A DNA stretch of 63,515 bases, counting the filler, from Collodictyon triciliatum (taxonomy: Eukaryota): assembly GCA_043381765.1 (NCBI GenBank). It is 10 parts of 10 records of this genome, joined end to end, with 100 filler letters (N's around TTAATTAATTAA, not from the genome) between each part and the next. Parts side by side here need not be neighbours in the genome. Positions count along the whole stretch, not along the records: positions 44,672 to 52,278 come from JBHJMP010003820.1; positions 52,379 to 59,983 come from JBHJMP010003821.1; positions 60,084 to 62,102 come from JBHJMP010003886.1; positions 62,203 to 63,515 come from JBHJMP010003962.1; 6 more parts are not named here. One strand, given 5' to 3'. The translations under genes were made by a program, and so were the position numbers. Positions 51,652 to 63,515 of the stretch are shown in pieces. The stretch's first letter is position 1; every line of letters starts with the position of its first letter. The notes under the pieces were generated by a model. It searched no databases. It was given only the letters and a program-made list of their open reading frames with translations, and had not been told where the DNA came from.

Positions 51652-54600
51652 TCTGTCCCACGTTTCTCTTGACCTGCCCGAGCGAAGTATCTTACTGTAA
51701 GTAACAAAGACACTCTGACTTACTTGCCACACGCATTTTGCAATGCCCCTGTGGGTGAAAAGAACGTATCTCGTATACCTTTTGAGAGGTGGTTTTTGCC
51801 TTCCTGCAAGTTACTTTGCGGATCGTGTTGAAACTTGTTTTTTTTTTTTTGTTTCTGCTTTACTTTTCTGTTTTGTTTTTTTTTCCTTCATCAGTTGCGT
51901 ATTATTGTCTTGTGTTTCTTGTGTTTCTTGTTTTTCTTGTGTTTTTTTTTCCCACCAGCTAAAAGATCTTGTTTGTTCTTTATTCTTTCATAATGTGTTA
52001 ATTTTTTTTTTGTTATTAATAGAAAGGGAGCTGAGTATGCTGCGCCACAAAGAAATTAAAAGGAGAAATGAAAGAAATAAAGAAATGAGAGAAAAAGATG
52101 TAAGCTAAGAAGCACACATTGTTACGATGGAAGCTCTGTCATCCTTCTGTTTTCTGAAAAAAAAAACATCCGAGTCGTATTTCTCCGATACGTCCAATAA
52201 AACCGAATCAAAAACAGCCCGATGTTAAACAAGGAAGAACCCAGACTCCCTTTGCAAGACATCATCTTGACTCCACCCNNNNNNNNNNNNNNNNNNNNNN
52301 NNNNNNNNNNNNNNNNNNNNNNTTAATTAATTAANNNNNNNNNNNNNNNNNNNNNNNNNNNNNNNNNNNNNNNNNNNNAAAGGGAACTGTTTCGATCTAC
52401 TACTTGGAGGAGGGGGGAGGGGTGGTGGATCGGCGGCTCCTAGTTTTCCCGATGGTCTGAAGTAAAGGTCTAAGAACGTACGGTGGGGGTGTTGGGTTGG
52501 GTTGGGTTGGGTTGTGTGTGGAAGTAAGTATGTCTTTTTCCAGTCATTCACGACCAAAAAATAAATAAAATAATAATATTCGTTGTAAATTTTTGTAATC
52601 AAGAGTCATGTATCCTTTTTTTGCGGTAAGGAGACTTTATTTAATTTGAAAACGTTACCTATTTAACATATAAAATACAGCATGCATAATGTCGAATATT
52701 TTAATTAAAAATATTTCAGTTGTAAAACTATTACTAATGGAGCACAAAATCTATAAAATTAAGAATTATCATCGGAGTCTGGCCATGCTAGGTTTTTTAT
52801 TATTCAGTTGATAGATTCAATATAGTATGATAACATATAATCAATTTTTTTAATATTTATAATAAATACAATAATATCAGCTATATATTCATTTTCTAAT
52901 AAAGTTTAATCAAGATGAATTGTTTGCCTACAGAATCGTCATACTATGTCGTTTATTTTTCAATAATCGTATTACGTATCGCCTTGTGAATACGAAATCT
53001 ACAAAAAAATCTTTAAATTGCGTATCTACTAGAGAAGCTTAGTTATCTGCAGAATTTTGATATCCGTATTTTAAATTCCGTCTTAATTAAATCAATAGAT
53101 ACACTTTTGCATCAAATGTGAATTTTAAAAACAACTAACCAACATATGAACCATTATTATATCCAAATCGAAAAACACATACCATATCCCCGCTAAAAAC
53201 CAGTCTGCCGCTGAATGATGCACCACCCCTCCCCCTTGACCGAACTGCAATCTTTTGTCCACAGCTTCACACCCATACCCCTCACCTTACTAGACCTTGT
53301 TCGTTTCTCCAAGTGAAATGATTTGTAGGTTTATCGCTCAATAAATAAACCAATATAATAGTTAATCGTTGTTATATCATCTAAATTAGTTCAATTTTCT
53401 CCTTTAAAGATTTAGATGTCGATTTATCAAATCCAACAAACCCACCCCTCCCCCTTCCAATTCCAAATCAATCAGAGGTAATAAGACGCATACCGATATT
53501 CGCTTTTGTATTGTCCCGATTAACCAAGGATATGATAGACGGTTCACGCCCTTTTTATTTTTTTCGATTATCATCATTCACGTATATTCAAAAATTCTTT
53601 TTATGCATACATAATATTTTCGTATATTTATGTTGATTCCCTGAATGATTTATTTAGTTAATCCACCACATACATTATGACTTCTATGATTGTTTCATAT
53701 TATTAAGTCTGATAGTGTTCAGTTTATTATGTTTGATCAAAATATCGCAGAGTACAATTATTAAATACGATTACAATTTAATTTCTTTATCTATTATTCA
53801 TCAATTTTCAACTAGGAACATTATCTCTGTATTGATGCACACGTAGAATACCTCAATGACTACATTCTCAATTATAAATTACCTTTGAAACGATTGTGCT
53901 AGTAAATTTATTAACATTCAGACCTTTGTTGCCTTTCTCATAGTAATAATTATATTTTGTATCAAAATCTAGTTCTAACCTTAGTGTAATAGACTTATTC
54001 TATTCAGAGCTCCAAAGAAACTTCATAGCACATAGTCTTCAAATTCTCAATGGAATATATGATTTACATATGACATATCACTATTAATAGTCATAATAAT
54101 AAAACAATTTTTTATCAGAGTGATTTGGTTTTGATTAGTATAGCTGGTTTTAGCTCAATGAATCATATAAATATGGTGACTGTGACAAATATGTATTTTA
54201 AAGAGAGGTCAATTAAAAATCACTATATTTGGGACTTATGATAGAAAATGAGATAATAATTAACATTAATCAGATAAGTAAATGCAAAATGATACAGAAA
54301 CTTGTTGTTAATCATGAAATCTATTAGAGATGATATCCAATACTCACACAACATATTTTAATACTGCAATCAGTTGTTAATGAAATTTTACTGTATATTA
54401 GGATGTATTTCATCTCTTGAGCCATATTTTGTACATAGACGGTTATACTTCAAGTGTCGACATATTTTATATTTTATATTTAATCAATAATATAGTTAAC
54501 TGAAAGACAATTTGCCAAGTTATATTAAATCATAATTTTAATTTCTATCAGATACCATCGAAATCCATGTTCTAAAGAAATCTTTTTGTTTGCTCCTGTA

Positions 54601-56220
54601 TGATATTCATTCGATGTATTCCAGCGAACAGTAATTTATTTTATCATTATATCAGAGTAAGTTATCTAGCAATATGACTATTCTTACAGTTATGATTGTC
54701 TGATTAATTATATGTATAAATATTATACGGAAGCAATAAACGAATTGAATCAGTATATCTCGACAAATATGCACATTGTGATAATGAATAATGAATAATT
54801 ATAGCTTGATTAATTTTTATTGGAATATCTTGGTATTTATAGTTTTTCATTTAGAGGAATATTAATTTAAATGTTCAACAAATAAAGCAATTTTCAAAAG
54901 ATACCACTAGTTCTGGTTATGAATATATATGAAATTATATTTTACAATATTCATCTGATGAAGAATCTATTAATACATGCACTTAAATTAATTATCGTAT
55001 ATATCATTTTCAATTTTAATGTTATTTGCATCCATCTTATGATTAATCTATATACCAATTCGATTAGTTATTAATATTATATGTCATTATCACTTCTTAC
55101 TTTTAAGCATTACATCATTCACTCATCCAATTTTGGATTGCTGAGAAAACGAGGACTTAATGTATGATATATTTTTGATCGATTAATCAAATTAATTGGA
55201 TGTTTTGTGAATTTAGACGTCATTTTAAAGAATACATGATTGAACAACCAATTATTAATTATTTCTTTACTTTATCAAATATTTATATACGAAATATGTG
55301 AAAATATAACCAAATGATTGACATATGTTTTCCTTGATGACGTGTATTGTTCATAAGAGATATACACTTAATTTCTTGATACGCATAACATATACCTATT
55401 TTATCATATTGAATCCTTTTAAAATTGTGCAAATTGTTAGAATTATAATAATTAATTCCATATTTTAATTATAGGTGTGATATATTTTTTTGATTTTAAA
55501 GTGCATATAATTTGATTTAAAAAGTCTTCTGTGGAATTGTCAGCTATTTTGGTCACCACAATTTATTGATTTATAACATAGACAAACCAAACCTATTGTT
55601 CTCAAACTGAAACATGTATTATCCAATCATTTAAACTTAAACTTGATTTTTCCTTTGATTTATTCTCATTTCCTATTCACAATAATGCTAATTTGCATGA
55701 ATCCCATATTTAATATTGTTTTCCGTTTGTCGTAAATTGATTGATTTGTTTTTAAGATATGATTCATCTAATAATTGATTAGTGATTTTCCTTGAAGTAC
55801 TAAATCAAAATCTACTTATAATTGATACAAAAATGACCTTGTTAAAAATATAACCGAAGTCTAATGAATTTTTTTCAGTTTTATCAACAATTTGTGAGTT
55901 GATACCGATTTAATTTGAGATGATGACTATTTTTCAATTTTAATATAAATGAATCGATTGAATAAGTCACTATACCATAAAATAAAATAGTCATGTTTAT
56001 CAATGGATGTGAAAAAGAGTATTTATATTTTGAGAGATATGATTATATGAGTATTATTGAAGTTATGTGTAGATAATCTATCTATGTATTTCTAAATAAA
56101 TCAATGATAATTGAGTAGAATGGTTCAATATTAGATATTTAAACAAATGTTTTGATAGAGTATTACACCACTTCATAAAATTTGGTATAAATGTTGAAAC
56201 ACTCTTCACATTAGTTTAGA

Positions 56221-59200
56221 ATGAGATTAAACTCAAAGTCATTTGCAGCTCTGTTGCTGTTGGGTGAGTTTTAAATTGTTTTTTTTTTAATTTTATTGAC
56301 TTCAAATTACATAGAATTTTAATTAATATATCTTTAGGATTGATGCTCCACTGCCAATTGTGTCTTGTTGAAGGGCAAGATGATTCGATTCGCACATTGG
56401 CTGGTGATTGGACTATTTGGAGTGTTGCTGTTACTCCTGATGGCTCTAAAATTATCTCTGGAAGCGAAGATAAAATAATCAAAATCTGGAACCTTTCTGA
56501 TGGAACTTTGATTCAAACATTAACTGGTCATACAAATAGGGTTTACAGTGTTACAGCCACACCTGATGGCTCAAAAGTTGTTTCAGGAAGTATGGATAGT
56601 ACAATCAAAATTTGGAATCTTTCTGATGGGTCTTTGATTCGCACATTGACTGGTCATACTGGTGAGGTTCGCAGTGTAGCCGTTACTCCTGATGGTTCAA
56701 AAATTGTCTCTGGAGGTGGCGACAACACAATCAAAATTTGGAATCTTTCTGACGGAGCTTTGATTCGCACGTTGACTGGCCATATCGGTGCTGTTATAAC
56801 TGCTACTGTTAATCCTGATGGCTCAAAAATTGTTTCAGGAAGTGGTGATTATACAATCAAAATTTGGAATCTTTCTGATGGGTCTTTGATTCGTACATTT
56901 ACTGGTCATACTGGTGAGGTTCGCAGTGTAGCTGTTACTCCTGATGTCTCAAAAATTGTTTCTGGAAGTAGAGATAGGACAATTAAAATCTGGAACCTTT
57001 TTGATGGATCTTTGATTAGCACATTGACTGGTCATACTCATTATGTTGACAGTATTTCTGTTACTCCTGATGGCTCAAAAACTGTTTCTGGAAGTGCTGA
57101 TAAAACAATCAAAATCTGGAATCTTTCTGATGGAGCTTTGATTCGTACATTGAATGGTCATACTGATTGGATTCGTAGTGTTACTGTCACTCCTGATGGA
57201 ACAAAAATTGTATCTGGAAGTGGGGATTATACAGTCAAAATTTGGGGACTTTGTGTCGCTGGTCAGTTTTATGATACAGTTTCAAAGTCTTGTCAACTAT
57301 GCCCATCCGGTAGCTACAGCGCTGGAGGAACCTTATCTTGTACTTTGTGCGTTGTTGGCACATACAATCCATCTACTGGACAAACATCATGTCTTTCATG
57401 TGCAGCTGGCACATACAATCCATCTACTGGTTCCACAAGTGTTGGTGCTTGTCTTTTATGTGCAGCTGGCTCGTTTAATCCTTCAACCGGTCAAGCAACC
57501 TGTCTTTCATGTGCAGCTGGAACATACAATCCATCAACTGGTTCTACAAGTGTTGGTGCCTGTATTTTTTGCCAGGAAGGAAAGTACAACAACAAAACTG
57601 GTCAGATATCATGCCCTAATTGCGAACCAGGAACATATAGTCCTTCAAAAGGACAGACATCGTGTTTTGACTGTCCATTAGGTTTCTACAATCAAGAATC
57701 AGGAAAAACATTTTGCACACCATGCGACCCAGGGACATTTTCAAATTCGACAAAAGGGAAATCTTGTGAAAAATGTCCAGCCGGAACTTTTAATCCAAAC
57801 GTTGCGTCAACCAGCATAAGCAGTTGTCAACCGTGCCCACAAGGGAGACACTCATCAAAATCAGGCGAATCAACATGTGAACTTTGTCAACCTGGTTCGT
57901 ACAATCCAATGTCTGGTCAGACTGGGTGCACTAATTGTACTGATGGAACATATAATCCAAGATTTGGCTCAACAAGCAACAAATCATGTGCTGAGTGTCC
58001 GATAGGAACGTATGGTAATGAACAAAGAGATGAATGTGTATCATGCTCAGCTGGAACATTCAACGATAAAACTGGTTCATTCAACCAAACATCATGTGTT
58101 TCATGTCACAATGGAAGCTACAGTTCAGAAAGAAGTGCATCATGCAGTTTCTGCTTGTCGGGATTCTATCAAAAAGAAGGAATCATAAAAGACTCGCAAT
58201 CATGCTATGCTTGTCCAAAAGGCACATTCAACTCAAACTCTGGCTCATATGGAGACAAATCATGCATCGAATGCCCACAAGGTACTTGGAATGATAGATA
58301 TGGTCAGGCATCATGCACATCATGTCCAGCTGGTACATTCAACAATAAAACTGGCTCATTCGATCAATCATCATGCATTTCGTGTCCGAATGGAAGCTAC
58401 AGCTCAGAAAGAAGCTCATTATGCAGCTTATGCTCATCAGGATACTATCAAAAAGAAGGAATCGCAAAAGACTCAAAATCATGCTATGCTTGTCCAAGAG
58501 GCACATTCAACTCAAACTCTGGCTCATATGGAAACAAATCATGCATTGAATGTCCACAAGGCACATGGAATGATAAAGATGGTCAAGCATCATGCACACC
58601 ATGTCCAGCTGGTACATTCAACAATAAAACTGGCTCAATCAATCAATCATCATGCATTTCGTGTCCGAATGGAAGCTACAGCTCAGAAAGAAGCTCATCA
58701 TGCAGCTTATGCTTATCCGGGTACTACCAAAAAGAAGGAATCACAAAAGACTCAAACTCATGCTACGCTTGTCCAAAAGGCACATTCAACTCAAAATCCG
58801 GCTCATATGGAAACTCATCATGTATTGAATGTCCACAAGGTACTTGGAATGATAAAGATGGTCAAGCATCATGCACATCATGTCCAGCTGGCACATTCAA
58901 CAACAAAACTGGCTCATTCAATCAATCATCATGCATTTCGTGTCCAAATGGAAGCTACAGCTCAGAAAGAAGCTCATCATGCAGCTTATGCTCATCAGGA
59001 TACTATCAAAAAGAAGAAATTATAAAAGACTCAAAATCATGCTATGCTTGTCCAAGAGGCACATTCAACTCAAACTCCGGCTCATATGGAAACATATCGT
59101 GCATTGAGTGTCCACAAGGCACTTGGAATGATAAATATGGTAAAGCATCATGCACATCATGTCCAGCTGGTACATATAACGATAAGGCTGGCTCATTCAA

Positions 59201-59983
59201 TCAATCATCATGCATATTGTGCCTAGATGGAAGCTACAGCTTGGAAAGAAGCGCATCATGCAGCTTATGCTCATCAGGATTCTATCAAAAAGAAGACATC
59301 ACGAAAGACTCACAATCATGCTATACTTGTCCAAAAGGCTCATATAATCCAAACTCCGGCTCATATGGAAATAAATCATGTATCGAATGTCCACAAGGTA
59401 CTTGGAACGATAGAGATGGTCAAGCATCATGCATGTCGTGTCCATCTGGCACATTCAACAATAAAACAGGCTCATTCGATCAATCATCATGCATTTCATG
59501 TCCAAACGGAAGCTACAGCTCAGAAAGAAGCGCATCATGCAGCTTATGTTCGTCAGGATTCTATCAAAAAGAAGAAATCACAAAAGACTCGGAATCATGT
59601 TATACTTGTCCAAAAGGCTCATTCAACTCTAACTCCGGCTCATATGGAAACGTATCATGTATTGAATGTCCACAAGGCACTTGGAATGATAAGGATGGCC
59701 AATCATCATGCACATCATGCCCAGCAGGTACATTCAACAATAAAACAGGCTCATTCAATCAATCGCCATGTATTTCATGTCCAAACGGAAGCTACAGCTC
59801 AGAAAGAAGCGCATCATGCAGCTTATGTTCGTCAGGATTCTATCAAAAAGAAGAAATCACAAAAGACTCAAAATCATGTTATACTTGTCCAAAAGGCTCA
59901 TTCAACTCTAACTCCGGCTCATATGGAAACGTATCATGTATTGAATGTCCACAAGGCACTTGGAATGATAAGGATGGCCAATC
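56221..59983 (+). CDS. Signal peptide / 7xWD40 / long Cys-rich (GCC2/GCC3, ephrin-receptor-like) repeat protein, 3' partial
   Basis: Exon 1 (56221-56263) plus intron 56264-56337 gives MRLNSKSFAALLLLGLMLHCQLCLVEG-QDD; seven 42-aa WD40s; then CxxCPxGTY/F repeats to the contig end in one exon of over 3.6 kb. Confidence 0.9.
58040..59983 (+). repeat. 279-bp (93-aa) higher-order Cys-rich tandem repeat, about 7 copies, running off the contig end
   Basis: The Gly codon of CPQGTWND falls at 58281, 58560, 58839, 59118, 59397, 59676 and 59955. Confidence 0.95.
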
Positions 59984-60304
59984 NNNNNNNNNNNNNNNNN
60001 NNNNNNNNNNNNNNNNNNNNNNNNNNNTTAATTAATTAANNNNNNNNNNNNNNNNNNNNNNNNNNNNNNNNNNNNNNNNNNNNTCTCTCTTTTTTCTCTC
60101 TTTTTTCTCTCTTTTTTCTCTCTTTTTCTCTACTAATATTTCGATTTTTTTCGGTTTTTAATCCCACTTGTAAGAAGCTACTCAATCGCTGGCTTCCTCG
60201 TTTTATTTTGAGTATATATATGTATTTATAAATCATTCTTTGGTGTGTGAGAAAGCCTAGTAGCCTCAGCTTTGCGTGTGAAAGTCATTCGTTATTTTCC
60301 TTAG

Positions 60305-60483
60305 AAGCAGACGATACTGCCGACCCGGAGATGAAAGAAATCAAAGACGCTCGCAAGAGAGCGCGTCATCAAATCGACATACTCCTCAAAACTCTTTCAC
60401 GGATGGATGATGAGGCCGCGCGTCTTTCCGCACAAGTTTCGTCCATCACGCGTGAGAATCTCCCGTCTGCTTTGGAATCGTGA
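60305..60483 (+). CDS. Last exon of a possible BAG-domain/coiled-coil protein
   Basis: Acceptor CCTTAG followed by EIKDARKRARHQIDILLKTL, similar to BAG helix 3 (ARK..V..IQ..L..L). Confidence 0.35.
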
Positions 60484-60777
60484 GACAGAGACGACCCGCT
60501 GCAAACATAGTTCCGTAATGACCGATGCAGTGACGCAAAGTCCAATGTGCTCTTACTCGCTGCGTTTCTGAGAAAGCGAGCATCCGCAAGCATTATCATA
60601 AACCCATCATCAGAACAGGGCGACGGAAGAAATGTGTTTCTTTACGCGGGGTTGATGTCTTTACTTAAAAAACCTTTCTGATGGAAAAGCAGCGTATGCC
60701 TTGTTTTTTAAGGAGACTTTCATTTACACTTGGATGCTTTGTTATTTCCCCCCATATTCGTTTTGTCGTTGATTAGT

Positions 60778-62049
60778 TTATTCGGCTGACGAAACGCGAG
60801 CTTTCTTTGCTACTTTGGCAGGCACATCCGCATCTAGGCGCAAACGCACAGAAAGTTGTTGCCGTCGCTCGTTGACAACATCAACCGTGATTTCTAACTG
60901 GACCTTATCAAAAACTGTGCATTTATATTGTTAATATTTTTACCCAGAAAAGTGACTGAATACACCAAGACAAAGAAGATAATACTAGTACGGAATACAA
61001 ATCAAACAGTAAACTATCTTGGCGTGAACTCCCAATTGCAAAGCCATGTGCATATTATAATCAATACAATTCCAGGAATGGCCATGTAAATATAACCCAG
61101 AATGAAAGAAAACCTCTGAAAGTCTGGCCCTTTAAAGTCAGCGTGATGTCATCAGGGTTGTACTCGACAACACCCCACTCGGACTCTGAAAGAGAGACGG
61201 AACACTCGATTCCATATCTGAAAGGAATACGCAGTCAGTCAAAGAAGGAAAGCGATGATGCTCTGCATTTGAAGCGAACGGGTTCTTTCAGACATGCGAA
61301 ATGATGAATAAGTGTTGCCTTGGCACGAGGGCAAACAATCCATTCTTTTTCAGTTTTGTGATGACTCCTTCCTCGATGATTGTCTTCATGCGGAAGTAGA
61401 TGCATGTAAAGAGCTCCACAGAATTGCGTCCAGCGTTTTGGGCCATGCGGTTTCTAAAGTTCATAGCTTGGAGAACAATTGCATTAAAATTAAGATTCTT
61501 GAAGTTTGCTTTTACGAATTGAAAGTAAAAGATAAATTAATTGTATTTGAATACATGAAAGTGTGTGGGATACATGAGAAAGTTTTGGGAGAAAAGAAGC
61601 ATATTCATGATTTTTGTATGATATCCTTGTAACAAACTATGGCATAGTCTTTCGACCCGATCTGTGTTCAGCAGATTGTCATGAATGTCATCGATTCCTA
61701 GGCAAGCAGCCAACTGTCGATGGACGATAACATCTGTAGTTCAATGAGTATAATTTATTACACCATCCCCATTCGAACAGAGTCGGTGGAAATGAATAGA
61801 TATTGCTATTTGAATTTATATGAGTTTAAAGAGAAAAACAATTGTTGGTGCATCCCCTTTCGTTGTAAATAAAAGGCAGAATTGAATATTTGCTTCTTTT
61901 TTTTTTAAGGCATACTCATAAGACAAAAAGCCTTGGAAGAATTTACCTGCATATCGACGAATCGGTGAAGTAAAATGTGTGTAAATGGGCGCAGCTAAAC
62001 CATAGTGGTGAAACATCGGAAAGTCCATCGACCCGGCACAAAAGTAAAC
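60778..62049 (-). CDS. DIS3: Exosome nuclease DIS3/RRP44 C-terminus (end of RNB plus S1), 5' partial
   Basis: [68 protein letters not shown] and a basic C-terminal tail. Confidence 0.93.
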
Positions 62050-62202
62050 CTTTGTTCAGAAAAAAGAAAGGGGGGGGGGGGGGGGGGGGAAAAAAAAAAA
62101 AANNNNNNNNNNNNNNNNNNNNNNNNNNNNNNNNNNNNNNNNNNNNTTAATTAATTAANNNNNNNNNNNNNNNNNNNNNNNNNNNNNNNNNNNNNNNNNN
62201 NN

Positions 62203-62277
<75 letters not shown>

Positions 62278-62357
62278 TAATAATAATCGTTTGATTAGAA
62301 ATATTTGTACGTTACAGATAATTTTCATTCGAAGATTTTCAACTTTATAAATTGTAG

Positions 62358-63311
62358 ACTAAAAAAGCTTCGAAAATGCCATCCACCGCAAACCTAAGAA
62401 AGGCAAAACTTTTCAACCTTTTGAAAGATGAAGCTTTGAAAAAACCTCTCACAACATCAGGTTTCTAATATTAAGTGTATCACATGAACTCATTTTACAT
62501 ATTTACTATTTATGAGTTAACCTTTTTTTTTTTTAACAAAGTATATTTTCCTTTCTCTCAAAAAAAAAAAAAAACTCCAAGAAATTGAGCACGTTATAGC
62601 GATGAGATACCAAAATGTATTTCGGAAGATGCACGATGCCTTATCCGCGCCCGTATTGGCTGATATGATGCTGAAATTCTTATCGTCAAATACAAACGGA
62701 GAAGATTTCCCTGTGATGCAACTGACGCATGGGAAATGGAGATGGACAATTCCAGGTCTGGTGTATTCTCTAATACAAAGCGAGAGCCATGGCGCTGTTT
62801 ATTCTCTGTGTTTGTAACAAGGATTTTTTTTTATGTTCATAAAATAATAGACATCACCACCGCCCGAATGAAGACTATATGGGATGCATTTATTGAAGTC
62901 GTTGTCACTCCCAGTCTACGGCACGCACCATCTAAAAGGTAGCATCTTTTTCACGTAAGCTATATATTTGTTGATTTTGCTATTTTCAGGTTTTTTCTTG
63001 GTTCATTCTTTTTTTTAAAAAAAAAAGTATCATTTGGGCATCACCCCAGCCAGTCTATATCCAGTCCATCGTCCCTTTGCTATATCATCCGTATAATACC
63101 AAAACGCTACGTATACTTTGTCATGTACTGATTGCAAAACACTGCCTAGGACTTATCTTCGTAGTGTCCTGACGATAACCCCAACAGATGACGAGACTCG
63201 AGCTGAATTTCAAAGACAAGAGCTCATCCGACATCAGACCCCATGTGATCCTTTCGAGTATGTTTTGAATGGAAGGCGATGCGTTGTGGGACCGGTCCCG
63301 ATATCAAAATG
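62358..63311 (+). CDS. NFRKB: NFRKB/INO80G-like internal fragment
   Basis: TITPTDDETRAEFQRQELIRHQTPCDPFEYVLNGRRCVVGPV resembles NFRKB RPSTGEEKRVFQEQERYRYSQPHKAFTFRMHGFESVVGPV. The upstream MLKFLS...WRW segment is winged-helix-like. Confidence 0.7.
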
Positions 63312-63515
63312 TATGTACTCATACAGTAGGACCACTTTACATGAGTAACGTTACTAAAACTATATCTTCTTTTAATAAAAACAATAGAACAAATCTTTAC
63401 TGTCATATCCCCTCTTCTTTCTTTCCCTTTCTTTCCCTTTCTTTCCCTTTCTTTCCCTTTCTTTCCCTTTCTTTCCCTTTCTTTCCCTTTCTTTCCCTTT
63501 CTTTCCCTTTCTTTC

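Noticed and set aside
52494-52513. (TTGGG)n as a telomere
   Set aside because: Only about four internal copies, not at a terminus.
58207-60039. Long His-rich alternative-frame ORFs (MEATAQKEAHHA...)
   Set aside because: Shadow frames of the Cys-rich tandem repeat.
7669-62158. Recurring TTAATTAATTAA palindrome at ~7.7-kb spacing, and apparent clustering of receptor genes
   Set aside because: It is an assembly concatenation linker. Spacing reflects contig length, and neighbours across linkers are not physically linked.

Overview
Eukaryotic nuclear DNA from an AT-rich, very intron-dense, flagellated microbial eukaryote (standard genetic code; TAA, TAG and TGA all used as stops). The window is not one locus. 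It is about ten short contigs (mostly ~7.6 kb) joined by artificial N-TTAATTAATTAA-N linkers, so adjacency across linkers is meaningless. Housekeeping genes rebuilt by hand from GT-AG exons: WDR60/DYNC2I1, a minimal SS18/GIF, an SPT5 3' end, THG1, a DIS3 3' end, an NFRKB fragment and a GT8 glycosyltransferase. Sensing and defence-like genes: a two-TM class III cyclase with a Cya2-like guanylate-cyclase signature, a PstS-domain multi-TM protein and an FG-GAP propeller membrane protein. The most notable material is a set of repeat-based receptor-like genes. (1) Two paralogous NACHT-like NTPase-TPR (NLR-like) genes in which each TPR unit is its own 126-nt phase-2/2 exon. (2) One of them splices onto a 2.3-kb intronless pentapeptide / 7xWD40 / Sel1 exon whose WD40s are near-identical except at HET-E-type hypervariable sites. 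(3) A signal-peptide-bearing gene with the same type of hypervariable WD40 propeller on a long Cys-rich 279-bp repeat stalk, i.e. an apparent extracellular variable WD40 receptor. Degenerate non-LTR ORF1-like copies and other decayed relics are also present. Family assignments rest on remembered motifs, not database searches.
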